Assembly (NCBI GenBank): GCA_048499805.1
Contig: JASNZF010000002.1
Coordinates: 311,882 to 375,881, forward strand
Origin: Gemmatimonadales bacterium
GTDB lineage: Bacteria; Gemmatimonadota; Gemmatimonadetes; Gemmatimonadales; GWC2-71-9
Length of the DNA: 64,000 nt
Direction: 5' to 3'
Positions 38,100 through 49,144 of this stretch are shown here, one piece after another. Within the stretch, counting starts at the first letter, position 1. Each line of letters starts with the position of its first letter. The notes below the pieces were generated by a model, which was given only the letters and a program-made list of their open reading frames with translations, ran no database searches and was not told the origin of the DNA. Position numbers and translations under genes: made by a program.

Positions 38100-40465
38100 T
38101 CGCTGGAGCCGTCCCGTTGCCCGCCCGCCGTGGCCTTGGCCTTTCCCTCGCAGCCGTGCTTGGCCTCGCACCGGCCGCGGCAGGACAGCGCTCGCAGTTC
38201 GACCTCAGCGTTGCGAGCATCATGCGCGGGCCCGAGCTGGTCGGACGGGAACCGGGCAGCATCCAGTGGACCCCCGACAGCCGGCATGTCTATTTCCAGT
38301 GGCTGCCGCCGGGGACCGCGTGGCAGGAGTCGACCCGGCCCTACCGGGTCCGGGTCGGCTCGAACGCCGCGCCGGAGCCGGTGACCCAGGCCCACGCCGA
38401 CTCGATGGCGCCCGTCCTCGCCGGCGGCGACTTGAGTCCCGATCGCCGGCGCAAGGTGACCAGCGTGCGCGGCGATCTCTGGCTGGTGGAACTGCCCTCT
38501 GGCAACACCCGGCAGCTCACCCGCACCACCGAGACGGAATCGAGCCCCAGCTTCAGCGGCGATGGGCGCCGGATCTTCTTCCGCCGCGGACTGAACCTGT
38601 TCGAGGTGGAACTCGCCACGGGGGCCGTCCGGCAGCTCACCGACATCCGCCCCGGCCCCGCCCCGGCAGACCCCCGGCCGCTCGCGGGGCAGCGGGGTTG
38701 GTTGGCGGGGGAGGAGCGGCGGCTGCTGGCCGTGATTGACGAACGGGTCGTGCGCGACAGCGTGGCCCGTCTCGAACGGGAAGCCCGTGAGGCCGGCGCG
38801 CCCACGCCACTCTACCTCGCCGCCCGCGAGTCGGCCGGACAGCTCCAGCCCTCGCCCGATGGCCGCCACGTCCTGGTCCAGGCGATCACCCCGGCGAGCG
38901 ATGCGCAGAACACCATCGTCCCCAACTACGTCTCCACGACCGGCTTCACCGAGTCGCTCAACGCCCGCACCAAGGTGGGCGATGCCCAGTCCCGCCAGCG
39001 GATCGGGGTGCTCGAGGTGGCCACCGGCCAGGTGACCTGGCTCCGCCCGATTCCCGGGGACAGCAGCGGCACCTACGGCAGCGTCCGCAACCTGGGCTGG
39101 AACGATGCCGGCACGGCGGCCCTCCTGGCGGTGACCAGCGCCGACTACGAGGAGCGGCGGCTGGTCCGGGTCGACGCGTCACCCGCCACGGTCACCACCG
39201 TCGATCACCTGCGGGATCCGGCCTGGGTGAGTGGACCCTGCTTCGGCTGCGGCGGATGGCTGCCGGGCGACCAGGGGATCTGGTTCGTCTCCGAGGCCGA
39301 CGGGTGGGCGCACCTCTATACGATGGCGGCCGACGGCACCGGCCGGGTGCAGCGCACCCGGGGGTCGTTCGAGGTGCTCTCGGCCGAGCTGACGCCGGAC
39401 CGCCGGCAGTGGCTGCTCCACACCAGCGAGCCGTCGGTCTACGAGCGGCACGCCTATCTCGCGCCGGTGAGCGGGGGCACCATGACCCGGCTGACCGGGC
39501 CGGTCGGTGGCCACACGGTGGTGCCCTCGCCCGACGGGCGGATGCTGGCCAACGTCTACTCCGAGTCCAACCGGCCGCCGGAGTTGTTCCTGCAGCAGCC
39601 ACGGGCCAATGCGACGATGCAACAGGTCACCACCTCGCCCACCGCCGAGTGGCTGGGGGGCCCGTGGATCGCCCCGGCCATCGTCACCATCCCCGCCGAG
39701 GACGGCGTCCCGGTGCCGGCCCGGATCTACCGGCCCGACGACCTCGGGGCCGAGCCCAACGGGGCCGCGGTGATCTTCGTGCACGGGGCGGGGTACCTGC
39801 ACAACGTGCACAACTACTGGTCCAGCTACTACCGCGAGTACATGTTCCACCACCTCCTCGCCTCGCGGGGGTACGTGGTGCTGGACATCGACTATCGCGG
39901 ATCCGCCGGGTACGGTCGTGACTGGCGGACCGCCATCTACCGTCACATGGGGGGGCGGGACCTGATGGACCAGGTCGATGGCGCGAGGTACCTCCAGCGC
40001 GAGTTCGGGATCGCGCCCGAGCGGGTGGGGATCTACGGCGGCAGCTACGGTGGCTTCATCACCCTGATGGCGCTCTTTACCCAGGGCCAGTACTTCGGGG
40101 CCGGGGCCGCGCTGCGTTCCGTGACCGACTGGGCCCACTACAACCACGGCTACACCGCCAGCATCCTCAACGAGCCCCAGGCCGACTCGGTCGCGTATCG
40201 GCGTTCCTCGCCGATCTACTTCGCCGAGGGCCTGGCCGATCCGCTGCTGATCGCCCATGGCATGGTCGACGTCAATGTCCATTTCCAGGACGTGGTCCGG
40301 CTGGCCCAGCGGTTGATCGAGCTCGGCAAGACCGACTGGGAGATGGCGGTCTATCCGGTCGAGGACCACGGGTTCGTGCGCCCCGATTCCTGGACCGATG
40401 AGTATCGCCGGATTCTGGAGCTGTTCGAGCGCCATCTCCCGGCGCGGGGCGCCGCCCCTCGATAG
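38096..40465 (+). CDS. S9-family serine peptidase (prolyl oligopeptidase/DPP-like), secreted
   Basis: Signal peptide, N-terminal propeller-like region, and catalytic elbow GGSYGGF with downstream D and H regions. Confidence 0.85.
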   Translation: MIAGAVPLPARRGLGLSLAAVLGLAPAAAGQRSQFDLSVASIMRGPELVGREPGSIQWTPDSRHVYFQWLPPGTAWQESTRPYRVRVGSNAAPEPVTQAHADSMAPVLAGGDLSPDRRRKVTSVRGDLWLVELPSGNTRQLTRTTETESSPSFSGDGRRIFFRRGLNLFEVELATGAVRQLTDIRPGPAPADPRPLAGQRGWLAGEERRLLAVIDERVVRDSVARLEREAREAGAPTPLYLAARESAGQLQPSPDGRHVLVQAITPASDAQNTIVPNYVSTTGFTESLNARTKVGDAQSRQRIGVLEVATGQVTWLRPIPGDSSGTYGSVRNLGWNDAGTAALLAVTSADYEERRLVRVDASPATVTTVDHLRDPAWVSGPCFGCGGWLPGDQGIWFVSEADGWAHLYTMAADGTGRVQRTRGSFEVLSAELTPDRRQWLLHTSEPSVYERHAYLAPVSGGTMTRLTGPVGGHTVVPSPDGRMLANVYSESNRPPELFLQQPRANATMQQVTTSPTAEWLGGPWIAPAIVTIPAEDGVPVPARIYRPDDLGAEPNGAAVIFVHGAGYLHNVHNYWSSYYREYMFHHLLASRGYVVLDIDYRGSAGYGRDWRTAIYRHMGGRDLMDQVDGARYLQREFGIAPERVGIYGGSYGGFITLMALFTQGQYFGAGAALRSVTDWAHYNHGYTASILNEPQADSVAYRRSSPIYFAEGLADPLLIAHGMVDVNVHFQDVVRLAQRLIELGKTDWEMAVYPVEDHGFVRPDSWTDEYRRILELFERHLPARGAAPR

Positions 40466-40466
40466 C

Positions 40467-41354
40467 ATGAGCCAGGAGGGCGCCGGCATCGCGCGGGGGA
40501 TCGCCTCGGTGCGCACCGGGCTGCTGGTCAACGCCGGCCTGGCGGTGGTCAAGCTTGCTGCGGGCGTGGTGGGGCACGCCTATGTACTGGTGGCGGACGC
40601 CATCGAGTCGCTGGCGGACTGCTTCGCATCGCTCGTGGTGTGGCGGGGCCTGAGCCTGGCCGCCCGTGGGGCCGACCGGGACTACCCGTTCGGGTACGGA
40701 CGGGCGGAACCGCTCGCCGGCGCGATCGTCGGCCTGATGATGGTCGCTGCGGCCGTGGGGATCGCCGCCCAGGCCTGGCGCGAGATCGTGACCCCCCACC
40801 ACGCCCCGGCCCCCTTTACCCTGGCGGTCCTGGTCCTTGTCGTGGTGGTGAAGGAAGGCCTCTTTCGCACCGTGCTCCGCACCGGCGTGGCCATCGGCAG
40901 CACCGCGGTCCGGGCGGACGCCTGGCACCACCGCAGCGACGCCATTACTTCGCTCGCCGCCTTTGTCGGGATCGGAGTCGCGCTCGCGGGCGGCCCGGGC
41001 TGGGAGCCGGCCGACGACTTCGCGGCCCTGTTCGCGAGCGGGGTCATCCTCCTCAACGCCCTGCGCATTCTCCGGCCCGCCGTTGAGGAGTTGATGGACC
41101 GGGCGCCCGGAGAGGAGGTGGTCGCTGCGGTGGCCGGCGCCGCGCGTGCCGTGGACGGTGTACGGGCCATCGAGCACCTGAGGGTGCGAAAGGTCGGCAC
41201 CAGTTTCCTGACGGACCTGCATGTCCAGGCCGACCCTGGGCTGTCGCTGCACGACGCCCACATCCTCAGCGGGATGGTGAAGGGCGCGATCCGACGTGCA
41301 GTTCCCGCCGTGACGGGCGTCCTAGTCCACATGGAACCGTTCGAGCACCGATGA
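40467..41354 (+). CDS. Cation diffusion facilitator family transporter
   Basis: Six TM pattern, HRSDAITSLAAFVGI motif, C-terminal cytoplasmic domain. Confidence 0.85.
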   Translation: MSQEGAGIARGIASVRTGLLVNAGLAVVKLAAGVVGHAYVLVADAIESLADCFASLVVWRGLSLAARGADRDYPFGYGRAEPLAGAIVGLMMVAAAVGIAAQAWREIVTPHHAPAPFTLAVLVLVVVVKEGLFRTVLRTGVAIGSTAVRADAWHHRSDAITSLAAFVGIGVALAGGPGWEPADDFAALFASGVILLNALRILRPAVEELMDRAPGEEVVAAVAGAARAVDGVRAIEHLRVRKVGTSFLTDLHVQADPGLSLHDAHILSGMVKGAIRRAVPAVTGVLVHMEPFEHR

Positions 41355-42682
41355 GCCTCGAGCACCGGCTGGCCACCGAGCTCGGTCGCCTCGGCCTGCC
41401 CCCCTGCCGCCTGGTCCTCGGCGTCAGCGGTGGCCCCGACTCGCTCGCCCTGCTGCACCTGATGGATCAGGTCGCGCTCCCGCTCGGGTTCGAGCTCGTG
41501 GTGGCCCACGCCGATCATCGGCTCCATCCCGACAGCCAGGCAGTGGCCGCCCTGGTGGCCCGGTGCGCCGAGTCGCTGGCGCTGCCGGTGGTGATCGGGC
41601 AGCTCGACCTGGCCCCGGGCGCCGGTGAATCGGAGGCCCGTACCGCCCGCCATGCCTGGCTGGAGCGGGTCCGGATCGACCAGGGCGCCACGTACCTCGT
41701 CCTCGGCCACCAGCGGGACGACCAGGCCGAGACCGTCCTCATGCGGGTGCTGGCGGGGTCGGGGCCCGCCGGTTTGGCGGCCATGGCGGCGGTGCAGGGA
41801 ACCGTGGTGCGGCCGCTGCTCGCCTTCTCCCGGCGCGAACTCGCCGACCATGTCGCCGCGATCGGGTGGCGGCCCTGGGACGATCCGGCGAACACCGACC
41901 CCCGGCACACCCGGAGTTGGCTCCGCTCCGTGGTGCTGCCCCAGGTGGCGGCCCGAGACCCGGCGGTGGCCGATCGCCTGGTCGGCGCGGCAGCCCAGGC
42001 CGCCACGGGACGCCAGGCCTGGGACGCCGTCCTCGATCTCCTCCCCGGCCTCGCGCCCACCGCGGAACCTGAGGGCGTTTCCTTTGCCGCCGCCCCCCTG
42101 ATGGGGTATCATTCCGGGTTGGCCCAGACCCTGATCCAGGCGGCTGGACGGCGCGCCGGAGCGGTGGTCGGGCCGGCAGCGGCGGGGCGGGTGCTGGCGA
42201 TGATCCAGGCCGGCCGGAGCGGCGCCTGGGTACCGCTCGGCGGGGGGTGGCGGGCGGAGCTGGCCTTTGGCCGGGTCCGGATCGTTCCCGACGCCCCCCC
42301 CTCGGGGTTCCCGGCGCGGGAAGTCGGTCGGGAGGCGGCCGGCGTCGCGGCCTGCGGGCCGCGCCGGTTGCGGTGGTCCCGCGAGTTGGCGCCGGAATGG
42401 ATCCCGCGCGACGGCTGGACCTCCTGGTTCATCCCCGGGGCGTACACCCTGCGGGCCTGGACCGCCGGCGACCAGCTCCGTCCGCTGGGTGGGGTGGGAC
42501 GACGATTGGCGGTTCGCTGCCTGCAGGACGCCCGGGTGCCCAGGACGGACCGTGCAACCTGGCCGGTGCTGACAGCGGCGGACCATGGACCCCTGGTATG
42601 GATTCCGGGTATCTGTCGGGCAGAGGAGGCGCTGCCCCGGCCCGGTTCGGAGGCCTTGCGCATTGACGTTGAACCAGGATGA
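41351..42682 (+). CDS. tilS: tRNA(Ile)-lysidine synthase
   Basis: PP-loop LGVSGGPDSLALLHL. Conserved position upstream of hpt-ftsH. Confidence 0.88.
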   Translation: MSLEHRLATELGRLGLPPCRLVLGVSGGPDSLALLHLMDQVALPLGFELVVAHADHRLHPDSQAVAALVARCAESLALPVVIGQLDLAPGAGESEARTARHAWLERVRIDQGATYLVLGHQRDDQAETVLMRVLAGSGPAGLAAMAAVQGTVVRPLLAFSRRELADHVAAIGWRPWDDPANTDPRHTRSWLRSVVLPQVAARDPAVADRLVGAAAQAATGRQAWDAVLDLLPGLAPTAEPEGVSFAAAPLMGYHSGLAQTLIQAAGRRAGAVVGPAAAGRVLAMIQAGRSGAWVPLGGGWRAELAFGRVRIVPDAPPSGFPAREVGREAAGVAACGPRRLRWSRELAPEWIPRDGWTSWFIPGAYTLRAWTAGDQLRPLGGVGRRLAVRCLQDARVPRTDRATWPVLTAADHGPLVWIPGICRAEEALPRPGSEALRIDVEPG

Positions 42683-43220
42683 TGTAAAGCGCCGCACCGG
42701 CGGCCGCGAGGTCAAGGCGATCGTCTTCACCGCCGAGCAGATCCAGGCGCGGGTGGCGGAGCTTGGCGCCGAGCTGACCCGGGCGTATCCGGACGGGGAC
42801 CTGCTCCTGATCGGCCTGTTGAAGGGGAGCTTCCTCTTCCTCGCCGACCTGGTGCGCCACGTGGAGCGGCCCGTGGCCGTCGACTTCATGGTGGCCAGCA
42901 GCTACGGCGACTCGACGGTCACCAGCGGCAATGTGCGCCTGCTGTACGACCCGGCGACCGACCTGGCCGGGCGGCACGTGGTGCTGGTGGAGGACATCGT
43001 GGACTCCGGCAACACCCTCCGCCGGCTGCTCGCGCTCCTCAGCAGCCGCCGCCCGGCGAGCCTGGCGGTCTGTGCGCTGCTCGACAAGGCGCAGATGCAC
43101 TCGCCGTTCGACGAACTCCAATTCGTGGGCTTCGAGGCGCCGGCGGCGTTCTTGATCGGCTACGGACTCGACTATGCCGAGCAGTACCGGCACCTCCCCT
43201 TCATTGCGGACCTGGCTTAG
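42669..43220 (+). CDS. hpt: Hypoxanthine phosphoribosyltransferase (TTG start inferred)
   Basis: LLKGSFLFLADL, ASSYG and the PRPP motif VVLVEDIVDSGNTL. There is no ATG or GTG upstream of the conserved N-terminus; TTG 42663 or 42669 are in frame. Confidence 0.85.
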   Translation: MNQDDVKRRTGGREVKAIVFTAEQIQARVAELGAELTRAYPDGDLLLIGLLKGSFLFLADLVRHVERPVAVDFMVASSYGDSTVTSGNVRLLYDPATDLAGRHVVLVEDIVDSGNTLRRLLALLSSRRPASLAVCALLDKAQMHSPFDELQFVGFEAPAAFLIGYGLDYAEQYRHLPFIADLA

Positions 43221-45217
<1,997 letters not shown>

Positions 45218-45221
<4 letters not shown>

Positions 45222-45562
45222 TCGTCGCGCCGCTGGCGGACAGTCGCTCGGCCCGTTCCCTGTGCGAGGTGCTCCTTGCCCACGGGTGGGATGACGAGCG
45301 CGCCCGCGAGACCGCCACCGGCATGGAGGCGGCCGCCTTTCACGGCCAGCAGCTGTCGCCGGAGGTCCTCCAGTCGCTGGTCGTGACGGCCGGACGGCTC
45401 GGCCTCGAGGTGATCACCGGCGAGGACTGGGCGTTGCTCTCCGGCGCACGGTCCCGGCTGACGGCACTGGCCCGACCGTGGTCGGTGCCGCCCGAGCTTT
45501 CCGCCTTTTCGCTTGCCCTTGCGGAGGCGCTGCGGGACGAGGGCGGTCCCGTCGATGGATGA
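45218..45562 (+). CDS. Hypothetical protein (114 aa)
   Basis: Start overlaps the ftsH stop. No motif recognised. Confidence 0.45.
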
Positions 45563-47918
45563 GGTCACCCCGGCCAGCCGGCCACCCTACCTCCCCGCTG
45601 CGATCGTCGGCCTGGTGGTGCTGGCCGGGTACATCTGGACCCTCGCACCGACCGTGACCTTCTGGGACGCCGGCGAGTTCATCGCGGCCTCCCGCACCCT
45701 CGGAATTCCGCACCCGCCGGGCACCCCGCTGTTCGTCTTCCTGACGCACGTCTGGGGCACCCTGTTCCCGTTCGGCGAGTACGCCTGGCGCACCAACCTC
45801 TTCAGCGCCATCCTGAGCGCCGCCGGTTCGGCGTTCTGGTTCCTGGTCGCGCACGATACCCTCCGCCGGGCGCTCCGCGGGGGCGAGGAGCGCGCGGTGC
45901 GATGGCTCTCGCTGGCCGGCGCCACCGCCTCGGCCCTGGTGGCCGCGTTTGCCTTCACGACCTGGCAGAACTCGAACGAGACCGAGGTCTACATGGTCGC
46001 CACGCTCACCATCGCGGCGGCGGCCTGGCTCGCCCTGCGGTGGCGAGCCAATCGCGGCACTCCCCGCGCGGCCAGGATCCTGCTGCTGATCGTGTACCTG
46101 GCCGGGGTCTCGATCGGCAACCACCTGCTGGCATTGCTCGCGGGGCCGGGGCTGGTGGCGTTCCTGGTAGCAGAGCTGCGGTCCCATCCCGCCGCCGATC
46201 CCGGCCAGCGCCGGCGTGAGGTGGCCGAAGTCGCGGTGGTGGGCGGGGTCTGGGCGGTGCTCATCGGGCTGGGGCTCGGCAACACCGCCCTGATCCTGGC
46301 GGGCGCGAGTGCCTTCGGCGCGGCACTGGTACTGGCGATCCGCGGGGGAGTGACCGGCTTCGCCCTGCTGACCCTCGGCATCGCGCTGGTCGGCGTCACC
46401 CCCTACCTCTTCCTCTACATCCGGGCCGGCCAGGCGCCGTTCATCAACGAGGCCGATCCCAGCACCTGGGAGGCGCTGCTCGACGTCATCCGACGGGCCC
46501 AGTACCCGATCCGCACCCCGTTCGACAACCCGACCCAGGTGCACGGGCCCGAGAACACCGGGCGCAGCCTCGAACTGATCCGCCTGCAGCTGCTCAACTA
46601 TTGGCAGTACTTCGACTGGCAGTGGGCCCGCTCGGTGGTGGTGCAGGTGGGGGACTTTCCCCTGCGCACCGTGGTGTCGCTGGTGTTCGTCTGGCTCGGG
46701 ATGACGGGGGCCCGGACCCAGTACCGCGCCGACCGCGAGGCGTTCTGGCTGATCGCCGGGATCTGGCTCGTGACCGGGCTGGGGCTGGTGGCGTACATGA
46801 ACTTCAAGCCGGGGTTCAGCATCGGGTTCGAGGAGTTCCCCGACCCCTCCAACCACGAGGTCCGGGAGCGGGACTACTTCTTCGTCGCCAGCTTCGTGAC
46901 CTGGGGCGTCTGGGCCGGACTGGGGATTGCCACGCTGGCGGCGCGCGCCTGGTCCCGGCTGTCGGCGCCGCGCCGGCCCCTCGCGGGTGGGGTGCTGCTG
47001 GTGGCGCTGGTGCCCCTGGTGCTCAACTTCCAGCCGGCATCCCGGCGGCACAACCCGGACGCCACGCTGGCGGCCGACTTCGCCTACAACCTGCTCAACT
47101 CCGTGCCGCCGTACGGCATCCTGTTCACCTACGGCGACAACGACACCTTCCCGCTCTGGTGGGCCCAGGAGGTCGCGGGGATCCGGCGCGACGTGACGGT
47201 GGTCTGCCTGGCGCTGGCCGAGACCTCGTGGTACATGCGGCAGTTGCGGGACAACCCCGTGCGCGAGTTCGACGAGGCGGCGGCCCCGGCGATCTGGCGG
47301 GGACGCAACCCGGTCCGGCCCGACTGGTCGCTCCACACGATGACCGATGCGGACATCGAGGCCGCCATTCCGCAGCTGATCGCGGCGGAGGTGGACATCG
47401 CCTACGGCCCGTACCGGGTCCGGGTGCCGGCCCAGACGCCGTTCTATGGCAAGGACTTCGTGACGGTCCGGATCCTCCAGCAGAACTTCGGCCGGCGGCC
47501 GATCGCCTGGTCGCTGACGGCGGGGAGCGAGTACCATGGGCTTGACCCGCTCCTGGTGCAGCGCGGCCTGACGATGTGGGTCGACAGCGTGATGCCGGAC
47601 ACCACCGACGCCACCCTGGACTTCACGGCGGGCTACGGCGCCCCGCTGGACTTGACGATGACCGAGCAATTGCTGCGGGAGACCTACCGGTACGCCGAGC
47701 TGCTGGAGCGGGGACCGGCGGCGCTGGAGCCCACCGCGCGTTCGATCGCCTCGACCCTCGCCGTCCCGTTCACCCAGATGGCCAGCGGCGCCGAGTTGCG
47801 CGGCGACCTCGCCGCGGTGATCCGGTGGCTGGAGCCGGCCTACCGGCTCTCGGGGAACCCGCGGCTGGCCCGGGCCATCGACTCCACCCGGAGCCTCCTC
47901 CCTTCATCTGGCCGTTGA
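45555..47918 (+). CDS. DUF2723-domain polytopic membrane protein (glycosyltransferase-like)
   Basis: TFWDAGEFIAASRTLGIPHPPGTPLF motif, many TM helices, large C-terminal soluble part. Confidence 0.8.
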   Translation: MDEVTPASRPPYLPAAIVGLVVLAGYIWTLAPTVTFWDAGEFIAASRTLGIPHPPGTPLFVFLTHVWGTLFPFGEYAWRTNLFSAILSAAGSAFWFLVAHDTLRRALRGGEERAVRWLSLAGATASALVAAFAFTTWQNSNETEVYMVATLTIAAAAWLALRWRANRGTPRAARILLLIVYLAGVSIGNHLLALLAGPGLVAFLVAELRSHPAADPGQRRREVAEVAVVGGVWAVLIGLGLGNTALILAGASAFGAALVLAIRGGVTGFALLTLGIALVGVTPYLFLYIRAGQAPFINEADPSTWEALLDVIRRAQYPIRTPFDNPTQVHGPENTGRSLELIRLQLLNYWQYFDWQWARSVVVQVGDFPLRTVVSLVFVWLGMTGARTQYRADREAFWLIAGIWLVTGLGLVAYMNFKPGFSIGFEEFPDPSNHEVRERDYFFVASFVTWGVWAGLGIATLAARAWSRLSAPRRPLAGGVLLVALVPLVLNFQPASRRHNPDATLAADFAYNLLNSVPPYGILFTYGDNDTFPLWWAQEVAGIRRDVTVVCLALAETSWYMRQLRDNPVREFDEAAAPAIWRGRNPVRPDWSLHTMTDADIEAAIPQLIAAEVDIAYGPYRVRVPAQTPFYGKDFVTVRILQQNFGRRPIAWSLTAGSEYHGLDPLLVQRGLTMWVDSVMPDTTDATLDFTAGYGAPLDLTMTEQLLRETYRYAELLERGPAALEPTARSIASTLAVPFTQMASGAELRGDLAAVIRWLEPAYRLSGNPRLARAIDSTRSLLPSSGR

Positions 47919-47939
47919 AAGCCGGTAAATTCCAAGGTT

Positions 47940-48626
47940 ATGGCCTTCGAGGGGCTTTCCGACCGGCTTGCGGCGGTGCGCGAGGTGATTGCCGCCCAGT
48001 TGGCTCGCAGCGGGCTGGCCCACCCGGTGCGCATCGTGGCGGTGACCAAGACCCACGGCCCCGAGGCGGTGCGGGCTGCCCATGCTGCCGGGCTGGCCAT
48101 GGTGGGGGAGAACCGGGTCCAGGAGGCCCTGCGCAAGCAGGACGCGCTGGGCGACCTCCCGGTGGAGTGGCACCTGATCGGCAGCCTGCAGCGGAACAAG
48201 GCCCGGCACGCCGTCGGGCGGTTCGCGCTGATCCACTCGGTGGACCGGGCCGACCTGGCCGATGAACTGGCACGCCGGGTGCCAGAGGGGGCGCGCCAGG
48301 CGGTGCTGCTGGAGGTCAATTGCTCCGGCGAGGCGCAGAAGGGCGGTGTGGCCCCCGACGGGCTGGCGGCGCTCCTGGAGCATGTCGGGGCGCTGCCCAC
48401 CCTCGAGGTGCGCGGGTTGATGACGATGGCGCCGTACACCGACGACGAGGGGATCCAGCGCGCCACCTTCGCCCGGTTGCGCGACCTGCGGGAGCGCGTG
48501 GCCGGGGCGGGGTGGTCGCTGCCGGAACTCTCGATGGGCATGTCGGGTGACTATCCCGCGGCGGTGGCAGAGGGTGCCACCATGCTGAGGCTCGGAACCG
48601 TGCTGTTCGGAGAACGGGAATCATGA
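47940..48626 (+). CDS. yggS: YggS-family pyridoxal-phosphate homeostasis protein
   Basis: VAVTKTH (PLP lysine), GENRVQEA, HLIGSLQRNK motifs. Confidence 0.9.
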   Translation: MAFEGLSDRLAAVREVIAAQLARSGLAHPVRIVAVTKTHGPEAVRAAHAAGLAMVGENRVQEALRKQDALGDLPVEWHLIGSLQRNKARHAVGRFALIHSVDRADLADELARRVPEGARQAVLLEVNCSGEAQKGGVAPDGLAALLEHVGALPTLEVRGLMTMAPYTDDEGIQRATFARLRDLRERVAGAGWSLPELSMGMSGDYPAAVAEGATMLRLGTVLFGERES

Positions 48627-49144
48627 GCGAAGACACATTCCAGCTGACCCCGCACGACGTGCGGGCCCAGGAGTTCCAGAAGGTGCTCCGGGGCTACGAT
48701 CCGGTGCAGGTCGAGGACTTCAAGTCCCGGCTTGCCGAGGAACTCGACCGGCTGCTCCGCCACCGGGTCGGGCTCGACGAGCGCCTCAAGGGGATGATGG
48801 AGCAGCTGCGCTCGTTCCGCGAGCGGGAGCGGGCGCTGAACGAGGGTGTGGTGATGGCCCAGCAGCTCCGGGCCGATTCGCAGGCCTCCGCCGAGCGGGA
48901 AGCGGAGATCATCCTCAAGGAGGCCCGGCACGAGGCGGAGACGATCGTCGAGGAGGCCCGCCGGGAGGGGGCGCGCCTGGTCGAGCAGGCCCGGGCCGAT
49001 GACGAGCGGCTCCGGAGTGCCATGGAGGCCTCGGTCCGGCAGTACTCGGCCTACCTCTCCAGCTTCCGGTCGCTGCTGGAGCGCCAACTTGCCGAGGTGG
49101 CCGCGCTGGAGAAGCACCGCCACCGGGACGACGCCCCGGCATGA
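48623..49144 (+). CDS. DivIVA-domain protein
   Basis: LTPHDVRAQEFQKVLRGYDPVQVEDF N-terminal DivIVA motif plus coiled coil. Confidence 0.85.
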   Translation: MSEDTFQLTPHDVRAQEFQKVLRGYDPVQVEDFKSRLAEELDRLLRHRVGLDERLKGMMEQLRSFRERERALNEGVVMAQQLRADSQASAEREAEIILKEARHEAETIVEEARREGARLVEQARADDERLRSAMEASVRQYSAYLSSFRSLLERQLAEVAALEKHRHRDDAPA